DNA of 64,000 nucleotides from Callorhinchus milii. Its lineage: Eukaryota. Each line of letters opens with the position of its first letter. Position 1 is the first letter of the stretch. The notes beneath the pieces were generated by a model. That model saw nothing but the letters and a program-made list of their open reading frames with translations. It did no database searches and was not told where the DNA came from. Below, piece by piece: positions 25,444-39,741 of the stretch. Location: contig NW_024704742.1 of NCBI RefSeq assembly GCF_018977255.1, positions 119,352,001 to 119,416,000 on the forward strand, in the 5' to 3' direction. The position numbers and the translations under genes are program-made.

Positions 25444-28400
25444 AGTTGTGATCCCACAGCAATGAGCAACTTATGTGTCTTACTCATCATGAAGCGCTGT
25501 AGCTGTGGCTGTCATCGCTTTTGTTTTAAGTATTTCTTGTGTTAATTCCTGTTTTTGATTCTATCAAAGAAATAGCACAACAAAATTGACATCAGGCTTC
25601 GCTTGTTATAAATCTTTTTGCGACGCTAGCAAATTAGACTCCATTGGCTATTTCCCTGCTGGAATGTACAAGAACCTTCCCTTCAGGAACAATACATGCT
25701 GACTGGGGTCTGTCTGGAACCTCCAGTGACCATTAATCTCTGTATGCAGTGTCAGCGTTGCTACTTATCCTTGAAATGTGACATCTGTTAATGCTTGCAC
25801 TAAGTCCCAGTTCAGTTTGAACTATCCCATTTCATGGAGCTTTTTGTTAAAGTTTATTTGGCTTTTTCACACAGGACTTCAGAGCGCCACAGTCAGGAAA
25901 ATTGCCGGACTCCCAAAGGAATTCAAACCAATGAAACAACATCCATGGACACTACAGTCCTTTGTGTTTGTTAAACAGTAAAGATGTCACGAACAGCTGT
26001 AACCCATTATTTTCAGGAATGTTTAGATTAACCATAGGATGACTGAGCAGATTTGGTGAAATCTCAATTTGAGCTGCTTTTTGGGAATCCAGATCCCAAT
26101 CAGCTTTCTTAATAGTGGCATTGAATTTAGAGGCATCTTCTGATGTTTTCTATATGCATACCTTTAGCTGAACTTTAGACTGGGAAAGAAGTGGCGACAA
26201 GTCAAAGCTGATTCATCCTACTTTAGGATCTAATCCAAACTGCCCAATTGACATCAATACGAATCCAGCCATTGTTCTGGAGTTCATCGCTGCTACAGGA
26301 AGTATGCTGAACATCTCAAATATCTATATCTAAAAACTGCTGGTGTTCTGTATCACAATGCTGTTGACATGCAAGCTCTTAACGAGACAACCATGCTGTT
26401 CAGGTCACACAAGCCGCAAAATCGCTAACTGTCCCTTTGTAGAAACTCAAAACAAAGCGATGCAAATGTCACTTGGATTCAAAAAACAGCCTCATGAACA
26501 AATAAGGAAGAACAGGGGCAAATAGATGAGGCACAACAAGGGATATTCTGTAGAGGCTAAATAAGTCAAGCTGCTCATTTCTGGGACTCAGTAATTATCT
26601 TCAGGGAGTGTCGTTGGTAACTTATAGGATCACAATGACCTTTACATAAAATTGGTGCTTAAAAGTTGTATTCCTTCCAGAAGCTCTTTTAGCTATAGAG
26701 TGCTCTTAAAATGAGCAACTTCAATCATTTTTTTCTCTGAAGAAATTGAACACATTTTACATGCAACAGTTCTCAGGGCTTCACTGTTCAGGAGTTAATG
26801 ACCCCAGTCAGCGGGGGAAACAGCAGTTAGAAAGCAGTTGAATTGCAAAACTGTTTCCATCTTCATTGTTACACAAAGCTATTAATTTCCACATCCCTTA
26901 AAAACCATAATGCTAGCAATTTCCTCTGCTTTAAGGAATTTGTGGGAAGATAAAAGCATTGTATTTAGTTTTAACTCTTTCAAGCTTCGGGGGTAGAAAA
27001 AGCGTCCAAGCCACCAGAGAAAGTGTCTCATGCAGGGAAATCAGATCAGCTTGTGACATCTCATCCATTCCTTTCAGCTTGAAAGAAAATTCTTACAAAA
27101 AAATTCTTACTTCAAGTTTCCACAGAGCCCGAAATCCCATCTAATCCTAACCTGGAAGACCATTTTCTCTTAAAATGTGTAGAAATGTGAACAATTCTTA
27201 AATTCAATCTTATTTTTAATTAGGTTCCATTCTGAGAACTGAGGAATATACAGCTTCCAAGTTCAGCCTGGGCCCCGCTTGTTAACATTATGTGAACTAC
27301 AGAGGTATGGGAAAAGGCAGCTAAATGGGACTGATAGGATTGCTCCCTAAAAGAGCCAGCACAGACATGATGGACCAAATGGCCTTCTTCTGTGCTGTGA
27401 ATTTCTATGGTTCTACATTGTTCACTTTCGCTAAAGTGGAAACAATTCTGAACTCTCTTAAAAGCAATAAATGGATTTCAACAATCGGGGGAGGCTTAGT
27501 TATTGGAAAGTACATTGATTTCTGCAGTTATCATTTTTAAATTGAACCATGTTAAACCACGTTAAATGAAGAGTCTTACGCTTACATATTTTCACCATGG
27601 AGTGAAATTTGGGACATTTTATAATTTTCACCTTGAATGTCACATAAGGTCACAAATAACACCTCCGACTCTGAAACTACTATGCACAAAATCTTTCCAT
27701 GAGTTAATCTAAGGGATCTCATGTGTTCCCAACACACTGTAACTTGGCTTGTAACAGTGCAACAAATAAAAATTGTATGAATCTTTGAAAATGTTCAGTG
27801 TATGCAATGTTAAGGGTGTTCGCCTACAAATATAATCAATATATTGCACAGTAAATCCTGTGAAGAGCTTTGAGACAAAGTTTCCACAAAGGGCTGTATC
27901 AAATGCACGTACTATTATTGTAATCAATATGTTATCATTAAAGTATGATGAGAGGAGGCATTGAGCTGCTGAAGCTTGGTACTCGTATTTCTACTTATTG
28001 GTTTGTGGGGCAAAGGTGAATCCTTCAAACATTCACTGGCATTTGATCAGGGTGTCTATATGTTTCCATATTGATGGAGTATTTACACACAGATTGAAAA
28101 AGTATCACTTGACAAGGAGATGCCTTCCCTAAATGTATTGATTCATTCTAAAAATGCAAATAGCTAATTTCACTCTCTGCTTCACACCTCTTTTCCTTCA
28201 AGTTCAATCGTTGTAAAGTAAAACACATTTACTTTTTCAGAAACGGCTTACACCTGTCACTCACACTGACAACTGGACACAAGCACATCGCTCGGGTAAA
28301 CCTGTACTGTCCCGTGCTGGGATAATGTTACTGCCCATTTACAGTCGGTTGCAGAATATTATGACTGGCAGAAATTCAATACCTACAGAAAGTACCTCTT

Positions 28401-28585
28401 TTGCATTTTGGGAAAAAGAATAGGGGTGGAATTATAGCCTGAAGGGAAATATGCCACATAAATCACTAAAAATTGGACAGCAGCTACAAACAGCAATCAA
28501 AAAGGTAAATGAGGCTTGTCATTTATAAACAATGCTATTGTATTGTGTTGTACAGCGTAGGGAATGGAGGAAAGTCAAGTTGGGA

Positions 28586-28960
28586 GGTGTCAGCCTTTCT
28601 CACTTGGGAGGAGTCTCACTTAAAATTTTGAAGATTGTGGTTTCAAGCCCTACCCTGGGACCTGAGCTCACAAACTAGGCTGATCCTCCAATGCCTGGTT
28701 ATTGCAGTTGGTGTTCTCCAGTTGAGATGTTAAAAACTGAGGTCCTGTCTGCCCCACTCTTCTCTAAGACAGGATCCTACTTGAAGGACTGTATATAATT
28801 GCAAGTTGTTGCTGTCCATTATTGTTGTTTACTCTATTTGTAAAGAGAAAATGCTTGTCAGAAATCCTCCAGATCATCCATTTTATAATTGCTGTGTGAC
28901 CTTGCTGTGTGGAAATTGGCTGCCATGATTGCCTACAAATAGCCACTGCACTTGACAGCA
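28586..28960 (+). mobile_element. DeuSINE-like SINE, decayed
   Basis: gtgtcagcc head...gaagattgtggtttcaagccc...gagatgttaaaaactgaggtcctgtctgcc...aaattggctgcc. Confidence 0.65.
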
Positions 28961-28969
28961 ATGAGCTAT

Positions 28970-29380
28970 GTAATTTGGTATAGCGCCTTTCATGTCAGGA
29001 GGACCTCCTAAAGCACTTCACAGGACATATTCTAAAGTGCAGTTTATTTTAGTGGGCGAACACGGCAGCCAATTTGCACACAGCAATATCCCACAAACAG
29101 CCATGGAGTGAGTGACCAATTTTATTTGGGGGAATGTTGGCCAGAACACTGGGATAAACTCCCTTGAATAGTGCCATGGGATCTTTAATGTCCACCTGAA
29201 CAAGCAAATGAGCCCTCAGTATAATGTCTCATCCAAATGATGGAAACTCCAACAACCCAGCATACCCCAGCACTGCATTCAAGTGTTGGTTTAGACTATA
29301 TGAGTTCCAAGTTCCGACGTGGAACTTGAACCCTTCGGACTCAGAGCTGAGAGTTCAACCGACTAAACCAGATTGCCACA
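28970..29380 (-). mobile_element. DeuSINE/SacSINE1-like SINE, near full length
   Basis: gaatagtgccatgggatctttaatgtccacctgaac central segment with head and tail. Confidence 0.85.
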
Positions 29381-31539
29381 CAAAACCTGATATGTATGTA
29401 TGAAGAGATGCTGGCTAAATTTGGAACTTTTGCTACTCTAACAGAGGACATGATAGAGGAATTGATAGAGGTTGTAAAACTCTGAGGAGCACCGCAAGAT
29501 AAATAGTCCTTGCATTTGATATAGCGCCTTATCACGTCTTTGAAACATCTCAAAGTGCTTCACAAAATATACTGTAAGTGAATTGACTGTATATTTTGTG
29601 GGCGAAACGCGGCAGCCAAATGGGGAAAAGCTATTTCCTTAAGATGGAGATGGGTAATGAAGGGACTCAGTTTTAGGATTAATAGAAGAATCATTAGAGA
29701 CCAACACTGCCAAAGGCAATGTGTATAACACTACATAGTTTGTATCCCTCAATGTGTTGTGGAATACTGTAATTTTGACTCCAAAGTTTCAATACTGACT
29801 CTTCACTGACTTACCACAAGTCTGGAGCTGAGTGGGAAAAATCCCTGCCCTCAGTAACTGGTCTGCTCCTCCATATCTTTTTGATGAGCCAGGATGCCTC
29901 CTGTTAATGATATTGAATATAAAAAGGTCTCAGAAAGAATGAATGGTAGTTTAGTAACTGTACCTAATACTATGAGGAGAGGCCTCTCTCGTTGTATACG
30001 ATTCCCCAAATGGCCTGTTGGAATAGGAAGCAAGATCTATTTAAAAACAAGATGTTCACATCAATGTCATGTTTCAGAGTGAATGCCATGGTCAGGTTGA
30101 ATGCCAGGCCTCCCTACTGCTCAATTTCATCAGTCTGTGCACTGGCTTTAGCTTGTGCTTCAGGCTATAGATAGCATGTGCTGTGAAACCAGAGCATCTT
30201 GTGCGGGAAGGACTTGATCATTATCCTTGTCACCTTCCAGCAGGATTCCCAGAATTCTTCCCCCAACAGGTGTGAATAATCACTCGCTTCTACTGCCGGT
30301 GAATATTTATCTTTTAATGGGGTTCAACCAAAGTTCACACATGAAAGCTGCCATAGTAAGGAGCTTTGACTGGGAAATGTGAAGTAACATATTAGCCTTG
30401 TGATTGCCTTTGGATGACAGCATTTGGATTGTGCCTACTGTGCTAATAATTCATAATACAATGTAAGGTGCAACAAATTATAGTACACAACCAATGATAC
30501 AATAAGGATACTTATCATTGTCTCACAGGGCTTTGTCTGTCAGTTGAATGGGGAGTTGGATAGTAACAACTGGAGAGAAATCCGAGATCCAGTGACATTT
30601 GCCCTTCCAGCTGGAGGAGAAGGTCAGGGGGCAATTGGCCTCCAGCACAATGTACAGCACTCCGCATCCATCTCACTTGCATCACCATAATCCAGTGTGC
30701 ACACTCGCCAAGCTCTGGAGATCATTTTGGCAAACGTTTTTGCTGTTCCAAAACAACCGCAACCTTAAACGACAGAAATGTTCTCTAACGTTACTAATCT
30801 ACTTTACAGAAAAAGGATTGGAAATCCTTTTTATTCACAGCTAAAATTGCAGAAAGTATATCACTGTCTTATATAAAAAGGTCTCTAATCTGATCAGTTT
30901 GAACTGTTTTTGCTAAAGTACATATTTTAATTGTTCCTGGTCTTGCAACTGTCTATTTTGTCCTTTGTGCTTATTTTGTTATTTTGCCAACAAGGCCCCA
31001 TGTTAGACAAGCCTCATGGGCAAATGGATTACTCTGTAAAAATATACAGCGTGCAATACAGTAACTTCATATGGGAGCAGTATCTGCCAGAAAGCAAACC
31101 TTTAACCCCAGGCAGTGATATTGAGGTGTGTCACCAGCAGAGAGCAAAGTTCTGGAAAGCCAATGCACAAATGTAAGATAATGGCAAAAATAATGAATGT
31201 AGAATGTAAATGGATTGTGGAATTCTCTGCCACTAACCATTGTTGAAGCAGAGTCCATAAATCATGTTGACAGGGAATTAGACGCTTGAAAAAGAGGAAT
31301 TAATGGATGAATAGTACAACGGGTTGGACTGGGTGGTTCATGTGGAAACAAATACCTGTGTAACTTTGATGAGCCAAATGGTACTGCAGTCCTGTTTCAT
31401 GTATGCTGAACTTTAGTTTGGTTTCCAGCGTATACAGGAACATAGGGTGCCATGCCAATATTGTTAAGTGCCTTGAGATGTCCTCTTAATATGAAAGGCA
31501 CTATATGCAGTGAAATTCTGATAGCTCAACACCCAAAAG

Positions 31540-31830
31540 GAAATGTCTCTCAAGACCCTCCTCCTACTCTTACCCTCCCTGCCCTCTACCCCTCCTGACC
31601 CCAACCCCCAGCTTGGATCCAAATCCCTAACTGTCCTGTGCCTTGGGATGTCCTCCTGACATGAAAGGTACTATAATAATAATAATAATCCTTGCATTTG
31701 ATATAGTGCCTTATCACATCTTCGAGACATCTCAAAGCGCTTCACAAAATATACAGTAAAGTGAATCAACTATATATTTTGAGGGAGAAATGCAGCAGCC
31801 AATTGCGCACAGCAGTGTTCTACAAACATG
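31540..31830. mobile_element. L2 3' end (+) joined tail-to-tail with a SINE tail (-)
   Basis: ccttgggatgtcctcctgacatgaaaggtactat is followed immediately by (aat)5ccttgcatttgatatagtgcc. Confidence 0.75.
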
Positions 31831-32490
31831 GGATTGAGCTATACAAATGTTGTCGCGCAAATGACTACGTATCAGAATTGACTGCTTATCCAAAGTACAG
31901 AACAGGGTACATCAAAAGTACAAAGTACTCGAATAGCCATGATATTGAGTGAGTAGATAGTTGTGTGGGGTTGATGATGACTTATCTCAGAGGCGAGTTA
32001 TCAGAATTTCACTGTAAACGTAAATTTGTATTGTACTTTGTTGCAAAACAGGAACAGGAGGAGATAATTTAACCCATTGAGCTTGTTTCACTAATTTGTC
32101 GCAATGTCATAATGTCTCTTTAGTGGAGAGAACACCGCTTACCATGCAGAGGAAAGGAACAATTTGGCAAAAGGTGACATTCGGGGTGAATGTAGTGTTG
32201 TCAATTTTGGAGGAACCTCACTGGATGTCTAGAAGTAATTGTGTAATATTTAGAAGAACGCACTAACAGAGCAGTGTCGTATTGCTGGAAAAAAAAGGAA
32301 AGGCAGCTGTGGGGGTAGAACACAAAACAAAGGTTTTGAAATATGCAAGTGAGATGCAAGTGAGGAAAATTCTTTGGGAATAAATGTTTCACTGAAAGTA
32401 GATGATGTCCTCCACTGTTGAACATCCTGTCAACATGAGCTACATTTGCACAGAAAGAATAACTGAGGTAATGAAGGGTAATTGGTTCCC

Positions 32491-32570
32491 TGGAACCATA
32501 CCCCAACAGATGACGGTGTCTACATGAACCGTGGAACTATACCACAACAGATGACTGTCGATAGGAACCT
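32491..32570 (+). repeat. Two-copy ~41-bp tandem duplication at the 3' end of a family B repeat
   Basis: tggaaccataccccaacagatgac... at 32491 and tggaactataccacaacagatgac... at 32532. Confidence 0.7.
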
Positions 32571-34139
32571 CAAAACTGTAACCAGCCGAACACTATGTCT
32601 ACAGGAGAAGAGGAAAGGAAATGGGAGGGGACAGAAACAAAAACAAAAGCTAATTCTCAAAGTATTTTATTTAATGACATTTAGGATATTTTAACTCCAA
32701 TATTTAGCTTGCCTACAAAAATACATTCACTACACTTTACAGTACCTCCTGTGAAGCACTTTGAAACATGAAAGAAAGATTATATTTTAGTTAGAACAGA
32801 ATATAAATTATAGTGCAGAAGTAAGTGCTGACATTAGTATGCTGGAGGTTTGTGAAGAACTGTTGCAATTCTATAATGACCACTTGAAGTTTTTTTCTTT
32901 CAAGCAAACTGTCACTTGTAGCAGCAAGGTGTGAAAAACACTAAAAATATTGAGCCTTGCGTCAAAGGCTGCTTTTGCAGTAAGGAGCAGACAAGCATGC
33001 ATGAAGACACTGAAATCATTACCTCTGCTGAGTAGCACATATACCATCAATATTACTAAAATAAAGTCCTGCAGTATATGTGGACGCTTATGTCAGGTTT
33101 GCTGCTTATTTTTATTCAACCCGAGAAAGCTATGAATTAGGAATCACTATGATTTTCCTACTACTAAATGTTCATCTATGGAAACATTGGTGTGAAATCT
33201 GCAAGGCTCCCAACGTGAAAGGCTCTATATAAATGCAAATTGTAATGATGAGTTTCACAATGCAGCCAGTGTGAAAATTGTTGCCTTCAATGCACCACGA
33301 AGTACAGCAAAATTTCAACCCGATTTAGTTTTTTTTTAAAAAAACTTGTTTTTTTTAAAGAAAGGCACACTTTGTGCTGTTGGAAAGCTAGAAGGTTATT
33401 CTGGCACTCGAGGGGTTAAATTGACACATTAAAAGTACACTGTGTTCGAACAATTACAAATTTTATTAGCTGAGACTCTGAAAGTAACAGTGAAGCTGAA
33501 AAAGCAGAGTGATATGTTTGGAGCTCTCAGTGTGGTTGAAGAAGGTGAAGTATTAGTTTATGGTTAACATGTGTGATGAAAATAGCAAAGACGGCCATTA
33601 ATCTCTGGAGGCATCAAAGGACTCACACTGATGCATGACGGCTTGGAAGCCACAACTCAGACATCATCAAAAAAAATTAAAGTTAAAAAGGTCCAGCGAA
33701 TAACTCAAGAAGATCTAAAACCTGGGTCATTCTATAATTATTTGCTAAAGTTATGTCAAATCATCAACAAGCCTAAACGTGTGTGAAGTTGGTTCTGCTC
33801 CAGAGGCGCTGGAGGTAACGCCTGCTTGAAGCAACGCAAAGGGCATGAAGCATGGAACAACCTCCATGCCTGCTTTTGTTTTCTTCATATCAGATCTATT
33901 GGCTGGAGCCAGTATGTGGCTGAGCTGAGGTGCAGCTGCAGAACCACCTAAGCCAGGCCAGCTTCCCACACACCGAGCTGTAACACATAGGATCATTACC
34001 CTCAATTACACACAACACACTTCATTGCAGTAAATGTCTGTTCCAGAAGGTAAGATGCAGCAACAGAATAAAAAATTGATACTTAGATATTCAGCCGTGC
34101 AATGTTACACTGGGTCTAGATGGTATAAAGTAACCACAA

Positions 34140-34620
34140 CATTGGATACACTGTACAGTGCCTTTCATGTCGGGAGTACGTTTCAAAGCGCTTCACACAT
34201 CTGACTGAGTGGGGAGAGCATCTAAGGAGGGTGGGTGGGGGGGGGGGGGTGAGGAATGTGATCGAAAAGCACACTTAAAAAGGTGCATCTTTATGGCAGA
34301 CTTTAAAGTTGGAAAGGGAGGGGGTGAGGAGGACCGACTCCAAGATGAAGTTGTAGAAAGTGGCGTTGAATGGCTGAAAGCTTGCCTGCAATGGTAGGCC
34401 AGATTGGACGAGGAAGCTGGGGGAAGTGGTCAAGGGAAACAAGTCACAGGAGGTCGCACAGGCGGGGCTGGGATGAGACCATGGAGAGATTTGAACGTGA
34501 GGATGAGGATCTGATTTGGATTCGCTGGGGGATGGGGAGTCAGTGGATCCAAAGCTCATGGAAGAATTCTGAATGGACTGCAACTTGTGGAGGGTGGGAG
34601 CAGGGAGTCTGGTGAGCAGA
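34140..34620 (-). mobile_element. L2 3' fragment
   Basis: gcctttcatgtcgggagtacgtttcaaagcgcttcac tail. The - strand gives LPAPTLHKLQSIQNS. Confidence 0.8.
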
Positions 34621-35045
34621 GCAATGGAATAATAACTATTATTAATAATAATAATTAAATTTGGCATAACACCCTTCATGTCAGGGGGACATCTCAAAGC
34701 ACTTCACAGGATGTAATCTAAGTACAATTAATGTTGGCTGCCAACGTGGCAGCAACGTCCCACAAACAGCCGTGAAGTGAATGACCTTTGATTCTGGAGG
34801 AGATGTACGAGTTTTATTGAGTGACACAGATTGCATTTATATTCCAAGTAGATAAATATTCTTCACTGAGCGTCCCTTTGTACTGACGGATTTGACCAGA
34901 TTTGACCAAACAGTGTGTTGATGTGTGTTCCAATCACTTCACCCCTCCTATTCACTCAGGATCATGGAATTTTTTTAAAAAAAAGTAAATGACCAGGAAG
35001 TGTTCTGTAGCATGATCTATTTACAAGCAATCCTCAGTTATGTTT

Positions 35046-35395
35046 GAGTCCTGTAGCTCAGTGGTTAGAGCACACGCCTCGCAAGCGATAGACCTGGGTT
35101 CGATTCCCAGCAGGGTTGAAATGTTGGGCAAGTTTCCTTACTCCACATGCCTTGGTTTATCTAGCAGTAAGTGGGAACCCGGTTTTTAGTCGATTGGCGG
35201 ATCATTTTTGGGGGATAATAATCCCTCAAAAACAAACAAAAAATACCAACAATTTGGTCACTCAATCCATGACTGTTTAGCTGCCGCATTTCGCTTGCAA
35301 ATATAGTCAATTCACTTTACAGTATATTCTGTGAAGAGCTTTGAGACATCTAGAAGACATGATAAGTGCTATATCAAATGCAAGGATTATTGTTA
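35046..35395 (+). mobile_element. tRNA-derived SINE (family A), full length
   Basis: gagtcctgtagctcagtggttagagc...ggttcgattccc...tatcaaatgcaaggattatt. Confidence 0.9.
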
Positions 35396-35691
35396 TGTCT
35401 CCTCACACCTTTTCTAATTTGTGTGCTGTCCAAGTGAACATTAAAGATCCTGTGAAAAGAGAAGGGAGTTTTTCTCTCTCTCTCTCTCCCGGTGTCCTGG
35501 TCACTTAATCCACTACACTCAGTCACACACAATCACTACACTTTACAGTGTATCCTATGAAGCGCTTTGAGACATCGCGAAGATGTGATAAGGTGTTATG
35601 TCAAATGCAAGGATTATTATTTTTTTTGCCACGTTAGGACTGTCAGCACTTTCGCCTCTGGGTTAGAACAATGTTGTGGGTTCAAACCAGT

Positions 35692-36265
35692 GTTTTTTTT
35701 TTGTCAGCCAGGTGTCTGACACATACGGAAACCCATCAGCACGCTTAAGAGTATCCAAACCAAGCTGAGAATTCCACGCATCCCACCTACACGTGGATAT
35801 CCCAGAGATAGATTGTTGGAATGGAATGCGCACTCTTTCCCTGGAGGGACACATCCTGGTTACCCAATTCCGGAACCTATTAGGCCCAGATTGGCAAGAG
35901 CCAAGGCTTGGGGGCCCCAGAGTGTGGATACTGCTGGAGTCTAACCAGCTAAAACCGCATAGCTGGTTAAAACCGCATTGATATTGCTGCTGCTTCTCCA
36001 GCTAGGACCACCCTACCTGATAGGGCTTTGGCTTTCAGGGTTACAGGAGCTGAATGGGATCACTCCCTGCCCCCGGTGGCTGGTTTGCCCTCCAAGGTCC
36101 TGCCGCTGATACAGGCTGGCTGTGCTGTCATCAGCAGTCCATGGAATACTGTAGACCCGTCTGGCTCAGGAATTGGACTATCGAGACCACCACAGAGGGC
36201 TGGCTTGATTCTGACATTCCATTACCAGGCTTGTCACCTTGGAGCCAGTTCAGCTCAAATCCAGC
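35692..36265 (-). mobile_element. Family X dispersed repeat with oligo-A end
   Basis: (t)10gtcagccaggtgtctgacacatacggaaacccatcagcacgcttaagagtatccaaacc..., the reverse complement of the 19270-19937 copy. Confidence 0.8.
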
Positions 36266-36989
36266 GTCAGCACTTTAAAATCATAGGAATGTAGGCTGAC
36301 ACTAGTGCAGTGCTGGTGGATGGTGGTGAGGTTCATACACCTCCCAAAAGCAGATTTCACAAGAGTTTAAGGCTTCTTGTTAATGAAGATTAACCTGTCC
36401 TCAACCCTCATGTGGAATCACTGATGTGCGATGCACTACCATTCTCTGTAGATGAGGTATCTTTAACCTTCCAGTATCAAGTATGCATATGTCTGATTAA
36501 AAGTGAGACAATAAATATTTTGCCACACAAAGGAATGTGGAATGCAATCCCTCCCAAACAGCCTTAAACTAAAGGTATTAAGGGATATGGAGAAAGAGTG
36601 GATATTTGGTTTTAAAAAATATATTGGGGGCTGCCAGGATCTAATAAACAGCAGAGCAATCCAGATAATAATAATATTATTAATAAGCCTTACTTTTGAT
36701 ATAGTGCCTCTCATATTGGGGAAACATCTGAAAATGCTTCACTTGCATTTTGGATTCCTAGCATCGCTAAAATTGCCAGAAGTTTCTGTTCAGTTCTTTT
36801 TGCAGTGGGGCAGTCCCTTTACAGTGGGAGCAGTCTTCCTGCAAGCTCTTCAGTTTTCTCATCCTTCTGTTTCCAATTTCACTTCACTCTTCTTTACCTG
36901 CTCTTGTCAGATATCAAATGACTAACGCAGGACTATCTTCATGAGGGGGAAGGTTAGCAGGGTCTCCTTGGAACCAAATTGGATTCACA

Positions 36990-37505
36990 GTGAGATACTT
37001 AGCAACAGAATATTGGAATTACCTCAGCCCTCTGTGGCGGTCTCCGTGGTATGGTTCCTGAGCCAGGGGGGGTTCCCAGGACTCCAGGGATGTCAGACGA
37101 GGTAGCCTGGTTTGTCAGCAGGACTTGGAGGAGCAGGTTGGGGATAAGGATTGTTCCCACTCTGCTCCTATTAACTCTGCAAATCAAAGTCCTAAATTAG
37201 GATGGCCCTAGGCAGCAGGAAGCTTTCCACACAGTGTTCTCAATAGCAAGCTGTACAGGTTTAGCTGTTTAAACACCGGCAAGTACCTCAACCACAGACT
37301 TAGGAGTCCCAAACCTTTGCTCTTGCCAACCTATGCCTAATACTCTCTTGAGAGAGTGTGTATTCCAGAAGAGAGTACACATTCCATTTCAGACACAGCA
37401 GTTTCCAAGTGTAGGTGGCATACATATGTGGGACTTTATCTGGTTTGGATACTCTTTAGCATGGTGATGGGTTTCTGTATGTGTCAGACACAAGCTGGAA
37501 CAAAA
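36990..37505 (+). mobile_element. Family X dispersed repeat
   Basis: gttcctgagccagg...caggacttggagg...tggtttggatactctttagcatggtgatgggtttctgtatgtgtcagacac. Confidence 0.78.
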
Positions 37506-39311
37506 TTACAACTTCATTGTTTCAAAGGCATGCAATAGTTATTTAATTTCCCCTTCTTATCTTCTTTTATGTTTTTTCGAAACACTGACTGTCCAGCGCA
37601 TTGGGACGTCCTCCTGACGTGAAAGGTGCTATACAAATGTAATTTTGTTGTTGTTGTATCTTTATATACTGTTTATGTGAATATCTTGGTTGCTGTTTCA
37701 TTGACCCCATTCCCTTTTCCATCAATTTCACACCTCATTTTCACTTGATGTTTGCATTATATTTCCCCCCAGCCACTTTGCCCCATGTTTCCTTTAATAT
37801 CAGAGCTTCCCTCCTTTTGAATCCTCTTCCCTTTTTTCATGTCCGTTTGATTCTGTCAGCAATTTAGCCCCATTACGGGATGGAAATACTTTAACTTCCT
37901 CCTTTTACACTGAGGCTGAAGGCTATGAATCAGTGAATCAGCCTTCGACCCCCAGAAATCCCTATCACATGCTGGCTATACTTTACTCTGATCAATTCCT
38001 TTGCCCACCTTTGCTGTTTCCGCTACACCATTTAGGAGACTGGCCAGCGGCTTCTCTGTCCATCTTGGCCAGGACTTTTTTCTAAGGATTTTTTACCACT
38101 GATGGCTGAGCTCAAAGTGTCATTTGTTTCCCACATCCAGAAACATTAGGTGAGTATAAAGCAACAAGCAACTATATAAAATAGGCCAGTATTACAGTTA
38201 CGTCATGTATCTTTGTCCGTCCTGTTCCAGGTATGGAACGTAACTGTAGCCAGTCTGAGGAGGATCCGCTACGACAATGACAGTGTCTCGCTATGACAAT
38301 CCCTGTGCAACTTTCAAAATACAAGGGAGGAGATGTTAATTAGTTTAATCAGAGATTTTCCCTACCACTTTATAATTCAAAAAGTGACCTGCCCTTGGCC
38401 CATTTCTCCACCTCACAAGTTTCTCTCCCCTCCACTGCTTCCGCTTTACAGTCTGCTCCTCTCCACACACTGATTAAAACCACTTTACTTGTATTTTGAA
38501 AGCTGCACAGGAAATGTAAAGTTTGAAAAAAGCAAGTCAGAACGAAACCATTGTAAATATTCAAACAGAAGGACTCAGCTGCGTACTTGAAAAAAGCTCT
38601 TTTATGTGTTCAGCAGAGGTGGAACATTGTTTACTTTTCTTCCTTCTGACCTGCTCCTTAATCATTAAATGCAGTAGCTCAATCCCTTGAATCGTATGAT
38701 TTTAATTCAAGCTGTTTAGTTTTTTTCTTTCTGCTTTTCCTGGTTGAGTAGTGAAGCGAGTGCTGGCTTCTCACGCCAATAACTATTTTGGTAAAATAAA
38801 CAAGATTTATGTCGGAAGGTTTTAACTATGTGGCCTTTATATTTCAAGTCAGCCTCAGTCAGGGCAGGAGCTACTGCCACGTTTGTACTTCAAGAAAGGG
38901 TAGAGAGCACTGAAAGAGAAAAACTCTTCAAGTGCCCTGAGCTGCTCATTGTGTAACATTCATGCTGTGTATACTAGGCACCCATTTGATAGCACTAATG
39001 TGAACAATCAAGCAGTTGAGTGCCTATGCAAATCATGTTGTTTCAAAGTTGCTTTTGTTCCTAACATCTTCTGGTCGCTGAGCTTCCCCGATCCCTGGGG
39101 AAGCCCCTTGTAGGCCGGAGTTGCAAAAACTCTATTGCTGGCCTGTATAGGCATGCTGAGCTTTACCCTAGCCACCTACAGATATCAGGCAGCATTGCTT
39201 GAGGCAGCAGGAAACACGCTTTACAGAGCAGCAGTAATAAATGCATCTTTAGAGGTGATTCTTTATGCCTCTGGAGGCAAAGGCATTTACCTTTAAGCAC
39301 CACCGCTGAAG

Positions 39312-39741
39312 GTAATAATAATAATCCTTGCATTTGATATATCTCATCATGTCATTGAGATGTCTCAAAGCACTAGAAGATATATACTGTAAAGTGTATT
39401 AACTGTATTTTGTGGGGTAAACATGGCAGCCAGTTGCGCACGGCAATGTTCCACAAACAATCATGGAGTGAGTGACAAATTTTATTTGGGAGATTGGCCG
39501 GGACACCGGGAGAAACGCCATTCTCTTTTTGAATGGGATCTTTAACATCCACCTGAACAGGCAGATGGGACCTCAGTTTAATGGCTCATCCAAACGACAG
39601 CACCTCCGACAATGCAATATCCCTCTAGCACTGCATTGGAGTGATAGCTTAGACAAAGTGATTCCAAGTCCCGACGTGGGACTTGAACCCACAACCTTCG
39701 GACTCAGAGACGTGACTGCTACTACTGAGCTAGGCTGACAC
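39312..39741 (-). mobile_element. DeuSINE/SacSINE1-like SINE, full length
   Basis: Tail taataataataatccttgcatttg, central segment and head ...gagctaggctgacac. Confidence 0.88.

Noticed and set aside
25480..27200. Repeat-poor stretch with TCF- and TEAD-like motifs as an enhancer
   Set aside because: Short motifs occur by chance; this cannot be supported without conservation or chromatin data.
32491..32570. Direct repeats as a CRISPR-like array
   Set aside because: Only two adjacent imperfect units with no spacers, in a eukaryotic context.
33395..33422. GGGTTAA piggyBac-like end (similar motifs near 31100 and 56630)
   Set aside because: No matching inverted partner with extended TIR similarity was found.
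38036..38300. Exon-like segments with AG/GT signals
   Set aside because: All three frames of the first segment contain or end in stops, and the short downstream peptides are unrecognisable.
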